64,000 bases of DNA from an uncultured Clostridia bacterium (GTDB lineage: Bacteria; Acidobacteriota; Aminicenantia; UBA2199), in NCBI GenBank assembly GCA_964465065.1, contig CAYXHZ010000006.1, forward strand, positions 1,185 to 65,184, given 5' to 3'. The position numbers and the translations under genes were made by a program. Below the pieces are notes generated by a model. The model was not told where the DNA came from. It saw nothing but the letters and a program-made list of their open reading frames with translations, and did not search any database. The stretch's first letter is position 1, and every line of letters starts with the position of its first letter. Positions 62,451 through 64,000 of the stretch are shown in pieces.

Positions 62451-64000
62451 ATGCCTAGCATCCACCGTCTGTATACCCCCGTTCTGCTGGCCCTGCTCGC
62501 CATCCGCATCGGCGCAGTGGAAGTCAAGAAGATCACCGTAAACTCCTTCGATCTCTTCGAGAAGGGATCGTTCAGCTCGGCGCTTCTCGATCATCAGGGA
62601 CGCCTGAGAATCGGCCCGGGCTCTTCCCGGATAAACGGTCCGGCCAAAGAATTCTACCTCTGCTTTGACATCAGCGAACAGGGCGACATTCTGCTGGGCT
62701 GCGGCCACGGAGCCGAGGTCTTCAAGATCACCCCCCAAAGCGACAAGCCCGTTTCCATTTATAAAGGCGAGGAGCCGGACGTTCATGCTGTGCTGCAGCA
62801 TTCCAGTGGCGCCGTCATCGCCGCCACCGGGCCCAACGGCAAATTGATCAGCATCGACGCCAAGGGCAACAGCACCGTTCTGTTCGATCCCAAAGAACGC
62901 TTCATATGGGACATGGTCGAGGACCAGGACGGATCGCTCCTCGTTTCCGTCGGCGGCAACGGCGGCGTGTACCGGGTCAGCCTGTCGGGACAGGTCAGCA
63001 AACTCTTCGAGACCGAGGATCCGCACATCACCACCCTGCATCTGTCCCAGGACAAGATCCTGTACGCAGGCAGCGGCGAACGCGGCATCGTCTACATCAT
63101 CACCAAGAATAAAACCAAGGTCCTCTACGATTCGGTGTACAAGGAAATCCGCGGCATCACCTCCGACAACAAGGCCAATGTCTATTTCGCCGCCACCTAT
63201 TACGACGAAGAGGCCAACAAGCGCAGTGACAGCGATCCCAACCTGATCAAGACCACCGCCAAGGGCACCCCGGTCACCGGCTTGCGCAGCGTAGTCTACC
63301 AGCACCAGGCCAACGGCAACACCGAGGAAATATTCAGTCTGAAGAACGAAACCATTTTCGATATCGATTTCGACCTGAAGTCCCAGACCCTGCTGGTTGC
63401 CACCGGCAATTCCGGACGGGTATTCCAGGTCAAGCCGAACGGCGAATACGCCATCGTCTACGAGTCGGATGCCGCCCAGGTTTTCCGGGTCAGCACCAAA
63501 GGTCCGGGATCGACCATGATCACCAACAATTCGGCCGGCATCGTCCGCATCAACGATAACGACAGCAACAGCGGCAGCTATGTCTCCGACATCTTCGACC
63601 TCAGCATCCAGTCCAGTATCGGCAGACTGTACTGGCAGGATTACAAACCGGACGACGCACAGGTCGCCGTTTCGATCCGGGCCGGAAATTCCAGCAAACC
63701 CGACAACACCTGGACCGAATGGCTGCCCCCTTTCCTGGACAGCCGGGGTGCGGCCACCAACCTGTCCGCCTACCGCTTCGTTCAGTTCAAGGTCAATCTG
63801 AAGGCGGCCAGCAACGGCAAGGAACCCTTTCTGGAACAGTTGCACTTCTATTACTTGCAGAACAACCTATCCCCGCGCCTGAGCTCGGTGCAGGTTTTTT
63901 CCAGGGGCTCAAAAAAGGACGACCTGTCAGCCAAACCCGAAGAAAAAAACCCGGGCAACAATTCGATTGCCCCCAAAGACCTGGTCGTCACCTGGTCCTG
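62451..64000 (+). CDS. Partial CDS (runs off window end): exported beta-propeller-like repeat protein
   Basis: ATG at 62451, 1 nt after the previous stop. MPSIHRLYTPVLLALLAIRIGA (signal), then repeated ..DG.L..G..G.VY.. motifs. Open through position 63990 with GC3-rich codon use. Absent from the ORF track because no stop lies within the window; the minus-strand ORF 62436..63845 is its antisense artefact. Confidence 0.45.
   Translation, partial: MPSIHRLYTPVLLALLAIRIGAVEVKKITVNSFDLFEKGSFSSALLDHQGRLRIGPGSSRINGPAKEFYLCFDISEQGDILLGCGHGAEVFKITPQSDKPVSIYKGEEPDVHAVLQHSSGAVIAATGPNGKLISIDAKGNSTVLFDPKERFIWDMVEDQDGSLLVSVGGNGGVYRVSLSGQVSKLFETEDPHITTLHLSQDKILYAGSGERGIVYIITKNKTKVLYDSVYKEIRGITSDNKANVYFAATYYDEEANKRSDSDPNLIKTTAKGTPVTGLRSVVYQHQANGNTEEIFSLKNETIFDIDFDLKSQTLLVATGNSGRVFQVKPNGEYAIVYESDAAQVFRVSTKGPGSTMITNNSAGIVRINDNDSNSGSYVSDIFDLSIQSSIGRLYWQDYKPDDAQVAVSIRAGNSSKPDNTWTEWLPPFLDSRGAATNLSAYRFVQFKVNLKAASNGKEPFLEQLHFYYLQNNLSPRLSSVQVFSRGSKKDDLSAKPEEKNPGNNSIAPKDLVVTWS

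Noticed and set aside
62436-63845. 469-aa minus-strand ORF
   Set aside because: Antisense of the better-supported + strand partial gene (signal peptide, repeats, proper codon bias, 1-nt coupling to the upstream gene).
1-64000. tRNA/rRNA/ncRNA genes
   Set aside because: Scanned the intergenic regions by eye for the GTTCGAATCC/TPsiC-like ends of a tRNA cloverleaf, and for rRNA-like conservation: none found. Without a covariance-model search, small ncRNAs cannot be excluded.

Overview
This is a high-GC (roughly 60-65% by eye), densely coding bacterial chromosomal segment with about 60 CDS and almost no non-coding DNA; many long antisense ORFs in the track are GC-frame artefacts. I found no rRNA, tRNA or CRISPR array by eye. 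Envelope genes point to a diderm, LPS-containing organism (possibly Deltaproteobacteria-like): a fused LptF-LptG permease, a kdsA-kdsD-kdsC KDO operon, DegP, several beta-barrel OMP candidates and a PD40/TolB-like protein. A c-di-AMP module sits in one long minus-strand array: ftsH-cdaA-cdaR-glmM-pdxJ-lpd. Core blocks in order are: an ECF sigma / zinc anti-sigma / LiaF-TM-like membrane-protein operon (1-1.8 kb); fused lptFG; nusA-infB-DUF503-nrnA-truB with no rimP or rbfA; hcp (hybrid-cluster protein) with an upstream palindrome; ftsK; and comEC. Accessory-looking features: an AT-rich intergenic region carrying a short degenerate MBL-hydrolase fragment (11.1-11.7 kb); a 3' remnant of an IS200/IS605 (RayT-like) HUH transposase directly after a large DUF5916/CBM9-like gene, followed by a low-GC islet with one membrane-protein gene (14.4-15.7 kb); an exported peptidase-rich locus (M1, S10+OMP, DUF4097, M13, a 946-aa OM protein, PD40; 29-42.7 kb); a stand-alone radical-SAM/SPASM enzyme beside a methyltransferase-cyclophilin pair (42.8-45.2 kb); and a Met-rich DUF4412 protein, a WYL regulator, a GyrI-like protein and a YheT hydrolase (45.3-48.6 kb). 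Most interesting candidates: (i) a degP -> DapF-family protein lacking both catalytic cysteines -> secreted PA-IL(LecA)-like lectin operon behind an ECF (sigmaW/sigmaE-type) promoter, whose 'GAAAC-N17-CGT' pattern recurs in front of the ECF sigma gene and the M13 peptidase; (ii) a response-regulator -> apparently circularly permuted SpoIVB/S55-type serine peptidase -> beta-propeller operon after comEC; (iii) a 16-bp-arm palindrome found twice (11.65 kb and 35.48 kb), either a shared operator or a REP-like element linked to the RayT remnant. Every domain call is from reading the translations; no searches were run.
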